64,000 nt of DNA from Phoronis australis (GCA_002633005.1 NMRA01000137.1:820643-884642), one strand, 5' to 3'; shown: positions 25,665 through 39,471, counted from the stretch's first letter. Numbers and translations are program-made. The notes: generated by a model from the sequence alone, not told the origin.

Positions 25665-27531
25665 CTGAGTGAAACGAAACAAAATCGATGATCAATTGGA
25701 TCAGGTTAATGTGAACCGTTCAGACACTATGTTTATCTACTGTTTTAAAAACGCTGGAAAACTGTAACAGAATTTTTAAGTTCTAACTTTGAACATTTAT
25801 ATCAAAATGAAGTTTGATCATGTTATTGAAACCGTTGTTTTGATAAGCTAAAGTTCATTAGAAAGACATGGTCACGTGATCCAATTAATAACAGATTGGC
25901 AAAAACTCAAAAATCAAATTCTACAGGCTTTCTACTCCCAGAAAATATGTACTTTTACTGAGTTAAAATTCATAGTTTTCTTGATATTTTGCAAAATGCA
26001 AACTTTAAACACGAATGCACTTCAAAGCATTACATATCGATTAAGTGAAGTGAAATTTTAGATTCCAAACTCATTCAACTGCAGATGTAGTTTAACTCCC
26101 TCACAAGCAAATTGAAACATTAAAAAATCAAATTAGTACAAATTGTCCCGCTTTCAAAATCATGATTTTCTCTCATTTAAAGAGCGGCATTATCGGTTTT
26201 AAAGCCGAAAACGCACTTCAGGGATTATTGTTCGATGGAATAGACTTCTTGAAGTTATTAGCAGAACTATAAAGAACAAAATCTGTTGCTTTCTGATTTT
26301 ATCACACGTCGTCAATTCCTGTCGTTGTCTGTCAGACAATCGTTGAAAACAATGCCTGTGATTTTACCACTTTTAAAAATACGTTAACTATTTTGCCATT
26401 TATCAAGTGCGATTGAGCTCTGCCAACAGAAGGATAGACTGCGACCCGGAGAGTTGCATATGTGATTTCGCGCTGGTGATAATTTCCCGCTAATAATATT
26501 CCTTTAACCAAGGCATGATTTTCAATCAAACCTTAACTTGATTTTCTGAGGTGGTTGTTTTGCATTTGCCAGTACTTGTTGAAAAACGTCTAATTTTTTT
26601 TTTTTAAATTGGCCCATGTATTTTAGGTTTCGTTTTCAATTTCATATTTTTATTTCGTAAATTGCTCCACGGACGCGTATCAAAACAGTTCTATCAAAAA
26701 TTCCCTGATCATGCAATCTCTGAATATTAAGTATGCAAATCAACTTAGTTGTCGATTTGGCCAGACAAACGTCTATTGATTATGTTGGCCGCGTATGATA
26801 ACCATATCGAAGACAACTGTAACATTGTTACACTACAATTAAAAGACTACGGTCATACAAGAAAAGCATTGCAGCTGTCCCAGAGTCGTAAATTTATCAG
26901 TTTAATGAAAAAATCATATATTGCTTTACTGTCCAGTACCAAACGATATTAAACCATTTTTACCAGAATTATGCTGACACTATACTGATATCGAAAACAT
27001 CAAATATCTATTCAAAACAAACTCCAGCAACCTTTTGAAAAGACTATGCTTATTTATAATAAAAGCTTATGATTTCAGACAGGAAATTCTGACATTGTAA
27101 ATGTGTAAATATGTATATATGTATTGAACATCTGGTCATGAAATTGCCATCTATACTAACTATTGGAATGTAACATGTGCAAATGCGCTTAGCTCTCCCT
27201 CTTAATGAAAAAAATCTGACAAAGGTGCTATTAGTTTTACTCATACCTTTGCAAGAGGTCCTCAATGCATAAAGATTTATTAAATGTGCCTCTCTAACAT
27301 TATCATTTGTTATAAAATTTTCTCTGTGGTTATGTCCTTCAATACTAAAAGTAAACACATATAATAGTTGTATAACATCTAAACATGTGATAGGTTTGCT
27401 TCGTTTTCTATGATCATTTCAATTAACTGTTTTCCTTGTGTGTTTTCACTTCACATAGACTACCTGCATACCACAAGTCCCTTCGGACACACGTCACAAC
27501 TGCAATTAGGATATGGACTATTCACACATAC

Positions 27532-27579
27532 CTCCTCGTGGGCCTCTTTTCCGTCTTCCGGAAGCTCCATCGCGGCCAT
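27532..27579 (-). CDS. TRP channel first coding exon (MAAMELPEDGKEAHEE)
   Basis: Acceptor ctcgtactctgtttcag|GTTCA ATG (exon starts at 27584) and strong donor GAG|gtatgt, phase 0. This implies a further non-coding 5' exon upstream. Confidence 0.65.
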
Positions 27580-29687
27580 TGAACCTGAAACAGAGTACGA
27601 GAATCGTTGTCTTGTTTTGCAAACCAGTTTCAGCTGGCCCAGACAAATACCTGTATGTCATTAAAAGTGTGTTCAACATCTAAATGGCTTGCGCATTTGG
27701 CCGGAGATAAGTGATTGGGTAATTCACTAAAGAGTGCCACTGCCACGTGACTTGATCCACGCATTATACAAGATTTAACCCGTGGGTGGAATAAGGTTTG
27801 TGCGTCCATATCAGCGCAAGGAGTATTCATTTGCCTTTTGTTTTGAGGGTAGACAGGCATTTTTCCTGGATTCCCGCGGACAAAAGGATGGCCTGTGAGT
27901 TTGCTGCGGCCCATGTTACCTATTCTGTAGGGAAGAGTTGACGTTCACGATAACCGCTGTCAGTTCACCTGACTATTGAACATTTAGATACGCGAAGACT
28001 GCGAAAAAATTGTCTGTTTTATACCTGTTTAATTATTGGTCAATTTTCATCCTGGGCTTATTAAGATAATCGCAATTAAGTCCGCCACGTGTTATCGATT
28101 TTCAGCTGTAAAACCTATACCGGTCGTTTCGCTCTCGTTCATCATTGGGAATAAAGGAACGAGCATATTGCCTACGTTCCAAAATTCTGGAATCCTGTCC
28201 TAGACTTGCTGTATTATGCCCATACCTGGCCCGCACAAGGTGCGGTGATGAATCAAGACGGTTAAAAACGTAGCATCCAGTGTGACAAGCACACTCACTA
28301 TGACAAGTACATCTAGCGTCTCAACCCAAGAACCCACATACAATCGTAATGCTTGATGATCACAGAAACGTACTGTAGGCAAAATAAGAGTTACATAGAA
28401 AAAGGTGATTTTTACGGAGATCAGCCGTTTTTTTCTCAAGAAATCTAAAGTTCTGTTTCTTTTTATTAGCTGCAAAATCGACATTTCTGAAACTTTATGT
28501 TTTGCTTCAAGAATTGATTGTCAAACCTCAGAGGCGTGATGGAAACTCTTTTCGAATATAAGTACACTTCATTTTGCACGAAACAGACACAACGTCCCAA
28601 TTTCAATACAAAAGCGGGTAACTTCACCAACTTTTCAGGGAATGAGCTCACGCGTTTCTAAATAGATCAAGCGGCGAACTCGTATTGTGCACCACCTGGG
28701 GCGCACAGACACGTGATTTTAGGTACGAGGATAGTTATTTGACACATGATTTCTCGAAGTATATTTTTTACTTTGATAAGCGAAATTGGGCTGCACCGCT
28801 CTAATCAGTGCAAGGCCCTAAGCTGAAAGTGTGACAAATTTCTTTTCCATTTTATGTTACTACGAAAGTCGAACCAAATTTATAAAAGCAGACATTCGGT
28901 GTGATACGTTTTGGATTTTGTAAGTGACAAAAATGCCCAGGATTCGTCAATAGTCACTTACATGGTTCATACACTTAAAAAAAACAGGTTTCCCTACTTA
29001 TAATAGGTAACAAACTGCTTTTCAAAATACGTGACAGTTACCCACAATTCCACTTGATTTCTTCAAATGACGTTCTGAAAGCAACAGTCAACCAAAAGGT
29101 TATTTTGACAGTATCCCTAGTAGGGATCCATTGCAAAGACTTACTCGGTGTTAAAAATCCCATTTCCTATATTTTCGCCAATTTAGAACAAGGATCGCTA
29201 AAACATGATCATTTCGAAACTCTCTGCTATGTTTATATTTGCACAATCTTGTTTTTGTATTTTTTAAACTTTTTTTAAGTGGGCGGGGTTTCGACTGAAC
29301 TGACTTGGAGTAAAAACCCGTTGTTATGATTTTTGAAACTAAATTGAAGCGGAAAGGGTATTTTAAACATGCGCAATCAGGTAGATGTGTAACGTTATTT
29401 CATAACGGGACGCGCTCTAGCGGCGAATGGCCACAGGCATTCCTTGCATCCGGAATCGGGACACGTACTGCCCGAGACTAAAATCGGTATCGTTCCCAGC
29501 GGTAAGTTACAGAAACTATCCCGGGGTATGCCAGATGTTCTCGTACAGATTTCAGAGTTAATTGACTTCTTGAAAATTTTACTACGAATTAGCTGGGCTA
29601 CTAGTTTTCAGTTTGATGGGCTTTTGTTGTCCTAGATTGTTTAGTGTTTCGCTTAAAAGCGGCCGTGACATAAATTTTATTAGCTAG

Positions 29688-30538
29688 GCCGTCAGATTAC
29701 GACAGAGATATGTACGCTGAATTGAAGGTCCCTGAGAAACAACGCCTGAAGCAGGGTTCCATACCGTCGCTGTTGATTCCCGGCAGTGCCTCGTCGCCAC
29801 CCCCGAGAAGTGCGTTTTTGAAGCGAGAAGCCTCGCAAGCTGTGGCAACTATAAACAGTGACTGGAGGCACTTCATCTACTGTCACCCATGCCTCCGAAC
29901 GTACCCCATAGCGTGCAATTCCAGGAATTAGCAGTGATTCCCCGTGTGCTCTTGTCTCTAACCCAGAGCCTGTAAGCCGCCCTGCAGCGATGTTGAGTAG
30001 TGGGAGTGAATACAGACCCAGTTTGACACCCAGTGAAAAGGACAGTTCGTCATCCAATGAACAGATCGGTGAGCCTAAGTTTGATAAGTTTATTGTGGAC
30101 TTGTATTGGAGCTATTTGGAAGGTGCCAGGTGTGTGACGAGGGAGTCGCACGGCGGGATGTAAGCAGTTTGGGTGCTCAAGTCACCATCCACTGGGAGTG
30201 TGTCGCGGCGCACTCGGGCAAGTGGGACAGCTCTTCCTCTGTATGTGAAACGATAATGAGTACTTCTCGGTAGGCAGCAACAGCGTGGCATGTTGACTGA
30301 CTCGTAAACAAAAGCAAACGACGACCGAACTTATCACAACCGAGGTAGAACACTGACTGACTCGACTGCTCTCACAGTCAGAATGTATGAAAAGAAATTG
30401 GCGCGAAATTCTTGCCTCCCAAAACGTCACTTCCGGAGTAGACGACGAGTAAATAATTAAATTACGAAAACCTGTAAGTAAGTGAAAAATATGTCTGGGA
30501 TAATCAACGAACCCTATTTTTGCTAAAATGCCTTTAAA
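29688..30538. mobile_element. Rearranged Kolobok transposon remnant
   Basis: The plus strand at 29700-30240 carries the THAP tail (RLKQGSIPS) and KFIVD..LELFGRCQVC...VTIHWECVAAHSGKWDSS, resembling the Kolobok CxxC..C..H..W motif. The minus strand at 30243-30538 holds the leader and THAP start (MPRCCCLP) and ends at CCTTTAA. It is homologous to 56830-57540. Confidence 0.7.
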
Positions 30539-31729
30539 TTGTTCATGTTTGCTTCAAGTGAACGACAACCGTAAAGCGTATGCATAAGCTGCGAAGTGGT
30601 AAAACACAACAGCGTACAGTGAAGCAGTTATGCAACTTATTTATCTATCTCGTAGAATTAGCGTGATCTGGGATTCTGTGCTTACCTGCGAATCACCGAT
30701 AAAGGGATCTTAAAACCCCTCACGTGCTGAATATCTATCTGATTAAATCATAATTGCTAGTATAGTGTTTAGTTGTTAGGACCATTACAATGGCCAGAGG
30801 ATTCAAGGATAACAACAGTTCTGTATTTTATTTTAGGTGTATTTACCACTCTCTTCTTCAAGTCTCGTTAAAGACGATGCGGCGATAGTAATTTATAATT
30901 TTCCGTCTATATTTCTGTCGTGTCATCTTTAATGCGATTACTATTAGAGGGGACATTCTGTCGAATTATACTAAAATTACCACTACGCCAAGAAATGGTA
31001 ATTAGCATTCTCAAAGGTCTGTCTACTAACTCCTGTTTTTCGAATACGACGAACAAGTCTGTGGTGTACGATGAGCAGACAGGCGCTCCGACATGACTTT
31101 TCGACTTAGCGAGCCGCTATCGAAGAATGGCATTGTGAGAGCTCGGTTTTAACTGGCAGTAAGTCATAGCTCTACCCACTATGGTGGGCTCACAGATATT
31201 TACACGGGCGAGTGCTTCCCTATTTATATAAGTGTACCAGTTTGGCGGGTTGACTATATTTGTATGGCTAATCCGCTCAACTTCGGAAGATACATCTGAA
31301 TAAATATACTAGGTTAAACCATTCTCGATGAATCCTCTATGTAACAACTTCCACTCCCGTCTTCTTTCTGTGGAAATGTATGTATTTACATAGGTGTTCC
31401 CATATCTACTAGTTGAGAAAGTGCAATTAAATTAGAAGCTGCAAGAGTCTATTTGAAATACTGTCGTCAGTAATTTCATTTGTCAACATTTCCTTAAAAA
31501 TATCAAGTAAATGCCTGAAAAAATGTTTGTACTTACGTCACTTCAGCGATCTATGAAGCATTTCCAAATTCGTAAAAATAATATCATATAAATTCATTGA
31601 TGAAAAGATATTTTCACAAAGAAATTAAACACAGAATGTGCATTTTCCATGCTCATTAGTCCATTGTATATTTGGATATACAATTAATGGAATGATTTTG
31701 AATCAGAATTGCACCGGCTTCCAGCTTAA

Positions 31730-32227
31730 AAGGATACAAACCCGGTTTTGGCCAATTAACAGATATCAAAAATGACTTTCCCATCTACTCCGCTGAAAAA
31801 ATAAGGCTCTGTAACGCTCGAAAACCCTCAAATATTTTTAGCGAATTTTAAAAATTCTTTAAAAAAATCTGCTAAACGGGCAAGCGTGACCTACGCTGTA
31901 GTTGAGTTATGCGACAACTGTAGGGAAAGACCACCCATCAAGTACCAAAATATCCTATCGGTGACAAAGAAAGTTAGAGTTTCTAATTGAATCCTGTTTT
32001 TATCATTCAAGTGGAATATAAGGTGGCAAAACGAGAATTGGTTGAAATGATCAAAACAGGCGTGCGTTCAGTAGACGCTAGGACCTACGCTAGGACCTAG
32101 CCAAAAGCTAGTCAAGATCACGTGCTCTTATTTAAAATACACGGCAATATCTCGCGTAATCTCGCAAAGTCTTGCTTTTAAGTTAGGTCCTAGCGTTACT
32201 GAACGGGAGGCAGGGTTTAGTATCCTT
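31730..32227. mobile_element. TTAA-flanked MITE (Kolobok-like termini)
   Basis: TTAA|AAGGATACAAACCC ... GGGTTTAGTATCCTT|TTAA. Confidence 0.65.
32060..32210. mobile_element. Small MITE nested in the TTAA element (CAG flanks, Harbinger-like)
   Basis: CGTTCAGTA(G)ACGCTAGGACCT is inverted at both ends with CAG on both flanks. A related internal sequence occurs at ~34778-34875. Confidence 0.55.
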
Positions 32228-34877
32228 TTAAAGTGAAAGGGTACAGTCTCGTGCTAAGTTGCAAGGATGTCCGTGGAACTAGACAACAAAGGTGTGTGAT
32301 AAAAAGGGTCTCATTGCAGTGGCGGAAAACGTGAATCACAGTTATAGTCAAGTTAAGCAATAATGGTATCCATTTTTTCTAGGGAGATGACCATCAATGA
32401 CGTCAGTCAGTAAATATAAACATTCATAACCAGAAAAATGGTAAAATTGAATTTAAAAAGAATAGTAACTGAGCAAATAACTATGTTTATTGTATTCATT
32501 TAAAGCGGTCTAAAATAAATATTTAATTTTGATCACTTTCCGGTATAAAATTAGTTATTAAATCAAAATCGAGAGGATAGATACACCTTCATCATATAGC
32601 AGAGATATTATTGGACAGTGAACATCGGGAATACCCCGGGTATTTTCGTAGTCTCACATTTCCGGCCCTCGGAGGTGTTTCATATCCGTGCACGCGCGAG
32701 CTTCAGTTATTACGACAAGTCACGTGACTTCCAAAGTTGGAGAATGATAATGACTGCAAATAGCACATAATGAAATACCCCTCGAGAGGAAATTTGAGCC
32801 ATTACCTCTAGTGTTCCGGTTGACAGCTATCGTCAGAACGGGCAACAAAATCCTCTGTCACCAAAATCGTTTCATTAGAAAATCATATGCTAACGTCATG
32901 ATTGGGATAATCGAACTTACCCCTCAATGACCGTAACAATGTCCATCGTCGTTTGTTGCCCAACAAAGCTTGTTTGTCGAGAAGTAACGTAATTTCGGAC
33001 GATTCTGCCATTTTGATTCATCGCCGCATAAAATGAGCAAGAGCACAAGCCACAATTCTAAGTGGAATTTGTCACGTGCGAGCAAGTCCTCTGTAATACC
33101 GTGCTTTACACATAAATTCACGTTCAAAATGTGGAAGTAAATCCGACTGCGCTCTTCATCTGTTTGAGTTTCGATGCAAAACTGACAGACAGTTAATATT
33201 GGACAGATGATCGTCAACGAGTGCTGGATCAACTGCAACGCACGTGTTAGCGAATTTTCCAGTCTTCCGCTGTCTAATCCAAAATTGAGCAAACTCACGA
33301 GTTACACGGCCATCTCTGCATCAAATCTCCATTTTGTCTCGCTCATTGTGCTCAACACTGGCCGAAGTCAATACTCACTTAAACCCCAACACATTTCAGT
33401 ATTCGACCGGCATACAAAACTAGTTTACATCATCGATCTTGGGTTAATCTCGTTTGCGCAATGACGGAAACGCCTGAAAGTGATTAGTGCGACGCTTGGT
33501 TTGGATCGGGATCATGTCCAACGAATGTGTTTAATGAAAGGTACAGAGGCAAACATCTGCCCTTGGATCGACTGTGAAGCGAATTTTGAAGGAAGTTGTA
33601 CTCATCCGTAAGTGTTGACGCCATCAAACTATGGAGGCTTTGGTTTGTCGTTCGCGAAACGAGTATTTTATTTTGTGTGGTCTATACTGGTCCTGTACAT
33701 TCTTTGAAAGTTAATTTTACTAGTGGAGTTTGGTAAACACCACCAACCAGAAGAAAATCACGTGATTATGCGTGTTAGAAATGGTCTCCTCCGGCCAGAA
33801 AAGAGTACAAAAAGGTATCTATTGGACAGTAACCACAGAGGCAAACACTGTAGGACATTACGTCCGACGTTGACAGATCTGGGATGTCACGGCCATTTTT
33901 ATCTGGAGCTAGGTGCACTGGGGCTTCCTTAAATCATCCTTTGTTCTTGATGGAAGTAGAAACACAAGGTAAACATCAAGCATTGGTTATGAATTTGTTA
34001 AAGAAACAAAGGTTAAACAACGTGAATCAATCGACAAGAAACCGAGTAATGATCGACCTATAGATCGACAAACTTTATCTGCAAAGACGAAAAACGAACC
34101 AAGTAGCACTTGATCTCACAAATCGGTCTCATAAACATTTCCGTGATAAGACTCTATATCAATTGCTAAAAAGACCAGAAGCTCAAGAACATGCTTGAAA
34201 TTTAATGGAGTGTGACAAACCTAGAATCGCGAATTCGAAAATGACGCGCGTGCAGATTGCCTACGATTTGAGTTGCCAAATCTTTCTGTAACAATTCAAG
34301 ATCGGAAGAGCGTGGCGATGTTTTTAAGCGCCAAAGCGCTTCGGTTAAAAATTCAACCGATAAGGTTTAAATTTATCTCATTAAATTCAACATTGACAGC
34401 AGCGAAATGCACCCTTGGACAGCCAAAAGTTTCGATAACTATAACATTTTGTGACCTAGAATGTGTGTCCTAGACAAAAATGAATAGCTATACCCATGCA
34501 AGAACAAATTGCTCTTTGAAAAAAACAAAACGTATTATTTCGGATACATAGGGGCACATATACGACTGGGGTTTGATGAACTTGTCCGGTGATTATCTAC
34601 CAATTCCGTCATCAGAACTCACATTTTAAGTGCTTGTGACAATATTATGATGGATTGTTATCGCGTCTCCAAGATATAACTGACTTGTAATATTGACAAA
34701 ACAGTTAATGCGAAGGGCTCAAAGTCTTTCCCGTCAAATTTCTGTTCTTCACGCTCGTCTCATCCATTTTGTACAACCTGGACCTCGCTAAAATCTAATC
34801 AAAATCACGATGTGCTCTCATTTAGTGCAATATCTCACGTAATTAGCGAGGTCTTGCTTTTTAGCGAGGTCTTAGTA

Positions 34878-35033
34878 CAGGCGGATCCAGGGGGTCAAGG
34901 AGGTCTGTAACTTATTTTTCCTTGATTTTAGTGATATCAAATATAGAATGTTTAAATTGTTGACTTCGACCCACTTTTTAAAAAAATCTCCATCCGATCC
35001 CACCCCTTTTAAAAAATCCTGGATCCGTCCCTG
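34878..35033. mobile_element. hAT-like MITE
   Basis: CAGGCGGATCCAGG ... CCTGGATCCGTCCCTG. Similar termini occur at ~19120, ~36925, ~42875 and ~43790. Confidence 0.55.
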
Positions 35034-36029
35034 GAATGTCGGGCTGTATTTCGCCTGGTGAAATGAACCACAAGTCGTAGATTCAGTGTTCGACTTGCTT
35101 CGTCCGTTTCAACGGTGGTGTGTGCCATTTTCTGTTTATTTACACTGGCGTTGCGCGGGACAAAACACAACTCCTATTACAAAAAATACAAACCTCAACG
35201 TCCCAGTTACTGTTTGTTTTTCGCAACAGCCTGAACTTTACTAACTACGGCTATCATAAACCAGTCAGTGGACTGAACCAGCTAAACGACTAATTTACTG
35301 AACTGAAATGACGTTATGTACAACCTAAATCAGATTCTCTCAACACCTAAAGGGACTTCTGCATATTCCGCAAGGCAAATTACACCCAACTAACAATACC
35401 ACAGTACTTCCGTGCGGCGCCCTACTGCGGGTACAACTGCTAAGACAGGGCAATCTGATTGACACCGGGGTTGCAATTTTGACGGAACGCTTTGAGACAG
35501 TGCTGTGTTGGAAACACTTGACTTTGAACCCAAGCGTTCCGTGGCAAACAAAACTAACTGCGGGGCCCGCTGCCATCATTGAAAAATGCGGACACGTTTG
35601 CCAGCGGGGGGTCTCTCATCCAAATAATAGGTAGGGCTGTAGGGGTGTCACACCTAGTGGCGTAGGGAAGGTTTTCGGCCCCTGCGGGTAACAATACAAA
35701 AATGCGCCCATTGGGATGATGAATGACAGAATGTCTGTTTACTGGTAATTTGTCTCAGCCGAACTGCTATGAATTATTTGTTACGAGAGACATCAGTTAT
35801 GAATATGTAGACTGCGCTGCCGAATCTCGGACGTGAGCCCAATGCTGAGATATAAGCCCATCCAAACTTCTCTGCTATTCTCACTTATAAACCGTAACGA
35901 ATCTAGTGACGGTACAAACCGGACACTATTTTTTCTCACGCATACGCCCGAGCTTTCTCCATCATCTGTCAGATCACGACAAACCTACATTTTTTTCGCT
36001 TGCGCCATCATGCCAGGTCCAAGTCATGG

Positions 36030-36394
36030 AAACAATTCCACGACCGCGCCTCTAAAGCTTAGGCACGATTCCCCAAACTTCAGTGCCGGACCAGCGGAAC
36101 CAGCCGCTCCCCTAAATTTCACTCACGCACCGAAAATTCCACACACCCGGTGACCCAACTTCAGTCCCGGGGACCGAATTCCACACCACACCTCTAGCCC
36201 TCAGGACGCAAGCATGGAATCATTATCTTGTTCCCGGGATCGAAGATTGTATGGAGCAATTTCGGTGCGTGCGTGAAGTTAGGGTTACGCTTCTGAGGAT
36301 TTGCCATCCCCCGGGTAGGGGAGTGTCTGCTGATCCGGGACTTGAGTTAGGAGGATCGATGTTGGAATTCAGAGGCGCGACCATGGAATTGTTT
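36030..36394. repeat. Imperfect foldback inverted repeat (~140-165-bp arms)
   Basis: AAACAATTCCACGACCGCGCCTCT...CACGCACCGAAA...TCCCGGG is mirrored by CCCGGGA...TTTCGGTGCGTG...AGAGGCGCGACCATGGAATTGTTT. Confidence 0.7.
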
Positions 36395-39300
36395 ACACCC
36401 TCCAGGTGGGCCAACGCAGAGAAAATATTGAGAATTCAACGTACTTTCGGTTTGTATCAAACGTAAAAAAAATGACTTAGCAATGAAAAAACTGCATAAG
36501 AAGCCGAGTAGTCAGTGTTTCCGACTTGTCCACAAATAAGCAGTAGATTTTGAAAACTTAGTTGAGTCCCTACTGGGGACCTCACGGTTTGATAGGCAAC
36601 CAGGTACTGGTCTTTTGGAGTGCACCAGGCGTGCTTATAGGTCACTACAAGGCCGGGCTTATGGTACTAATCACCTCTACCAGATACCATTTGGGAGTTC
36701 TGGTGCGCGCAAGCAGGGGCTCGTTGGGGGTGAATAAACAACGCATAGGCCCTGAACAAACTGAACAAACCCCGTTTACCGTTTTTTTTTCTTTTTTTAG
36801 TCAACAGGGCCGCAACCCCAAACATTCGAGGCCTCTGCGTCCCCACATTTTAGGCTGGGCGCGCGCATGTGCCGAAATTCTGGTTATTCCCGTGCCCTGC
36901 CCCCCAACTCAAAATCCTGAATCCGCCCCTTAGCACGATGGAGTTCCTCGTGAATAAAGACTTCCAATCGGACTGTTTCCCTCAGAACGTTGAAAGAGAG
37001 CTAAAACTAGGACGATCACAGCGAGTTCACCCCCACACAGCCAGGTCATGTTTGCCTCAAGTTGTAAAGACTTTGATAAACAGGGCAAATCTCTACTACA
37101 TGTTGTGGAGTCTCGGCTTTTGTGCCACACTTATGTCATGTGACCTGTGATGTTTCGATGCCAAGCTATGTTGCAGATGCAGTGCCTAGTAATAACCTGG
37201 TACTCCTCCCAAATAGCAAGTCTGTCTAGACTCTGGCCTGAAACCTCGAACAACCCTTTGGTTCATATCGGACAGGGAAATATTTGGTTCGTTTGTCTGC
37301 ACGTGCGTGGGGCACTTCCTCAAGGCATCTGCAAACAGTTCGAGCGCCCAGTGTTTCACATTAGCTTTACAGCGCCCGTAGGAAGCCTTGGTTGTTTCGA
37401 TAGCACAAATCCGACTTTCTGACAGGATGCGCTCAGAGAAAAAATCCCAGGTTGTATGCCTGGTGTGCAGTCCACTATTTTTAACAAATGTGCCCCACTG
37501 TGATCTTGGTGACCTTACCTGTGACACAGCTCTCACTACAAAAGGCTTTTGTAAGAGTTCTAGTCCGTACAAAAAGTTTTACAAATTCAATAAATAACCC
37601 GTTGAACTGCAAGTCTCATGAACCCAACAAGCAGCATTATCTGAATACGACCTTTCTATAGAGTTCTACAAAATGGACTAGCTCTTTCGTAAATTTTTAA
37701 CACATGGAGAGTGAAACTCCTATGTTGAGAATCAAATAGGAATTAAAAGGCATGTTTTCGTAGGGAATATGGCCAGGAAAAAACAACCTCCCGCGTGAGC
37801 TAGCTCCGCGTATTGAACACCTACCTGTATGCAAGTACAGGCACACACGATTGTCCTGCGCTTTATGTATACATTTTTATGTTATGTGCGGTGCCAACAT
37901 GGGTGTAACGCCTCACTGGCTTTTTGAAAACGAGCCTTTTTAATACCAGGGGTAATAACAACATTCAAGCGTAGATTTGGTGTACAGGAAAGCAATGAAG
38001 TACTCAAGTGTGCTGGTTACCTTTAACAACACTTAATCGAACGACAAGAAGTCATCAATCGAAAGTCTGCCCTCGATCATGGAGATACGATGGTCAAATC
38101 ACCTTTATCAAATAAGCTACAGAGAGATTTCTTGTCTATCCTGAAGATTCACTCACCTGAGTCGTTCATACGCGTTTGTGATGACACTTCGTCGGTTCAA
38201 TCGTAATATCCTAGAATACTCGTTCAGGATCCAGATAGGCCACGGTCTGTCGCGAGTTTCGTATTCTAGGCGATTCGCCCGAGTCGAGATAATAGCTTAT
38301 TGACATACTCGCCGACCGTTCAATACGGATTTGTTTGCTGCATGAAAGGCCGTATCCAAGGGCTAAACACACAAAAGGGATTCGTGGGTTTGTTATTAAT
38401 AAAACATCCCGTTTTCTCGGGAAAGGATGTACGCAGTTATCAGAGCGTGGAGAAGTCTTTGTTGAAGCACTTTAATAACTCGGTGGGATGGCGAAAAGTT
38501 CCATGTGGCGATGACCATCCTTCAGCAATTGTCTATGCAGGCTAGGGCGGACGTTTTGATAATTAGCTACGGTGTAAATTTAGAAATTTTACTTTTTTGC
38601 TGTTTCACTAAGCTTTGCACGGTTTGGTGTTAATTCTAAAACAAGATTTGCAAGAGAAACCTTTAGTTAATCGCAACACAGAAAAATTAACATTTTCCTA
38701 CATATCATTTGCTATTATGACGAAAACATTGCTAGAATATATCTACGTCCCCTGCATTTAATTGGAAATGCGCACCCGCTTCTTACACCGATGGGACTGC
38801 AGTGGTTTGCATGAAAATGCTTAGTGGCTTTAAAGAGGCATGGAACGCGAAAACCGTAGAGAATCTACTTCTTGGGGAAACTAACTTGAGACTTATCCAA
38901 GTTGAATATCGCAAGAATTTCTGAATAAAATCGTCAGATTCGATACTTCTGAAACACTGACTCGTGGACGAGACGGTCTCGCCTCCTAGCTGGTGACTAC
39001 CAGAATGATTCGTTTTTTAATTTAGTCATTTCAAAGCACAACATCTATACATATATACATATGATGAAGAAAAGAAGATGAAATATATTTAAGCGTCCAA
39101 AACTGACACAAAATCCCTCCAGCGTAGCAAATAACTGCCTATTGACATATTTTGTAAGTGTCTAAATCTTTCTATTTCAATATGTAATGATAAAATTTTG
39201 CAATAGTAACAACTGTGGAATGTTACCTTTAAGTTTTTGATTAAGTACCAAAAATCTAGCTAAGCAAAATGTTTTATACAAATACTTTCTTAGGAGACTC

Positions 39301-39471
39301 GGGAAAACTAAACAAAGATATTTTAGTTCATATGGTGATATCTTCGTTGATAAAACACAATTTATCCAATGGGATACACTACTCCATAGTGGCGTCACAA
39401 TACTATAATCGCAAAAAGATGTGTGTTACTTTCATGAACTTTAGCACAATAAGTGCAAAGATTACTATCAT

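Noticed and set aside
32924-33464. Cys-containing 124-aa and 85-aa ORFs
   Set aside because: No recognisable motif or splice context; probably decayed repeat sequence.
35340-38545. Several 60-130-aa ORFs and an isolated strong CAG|GTGAGT donor near 38155
   Set aside because: No domain was recognised and no consistent exon chain could be built.
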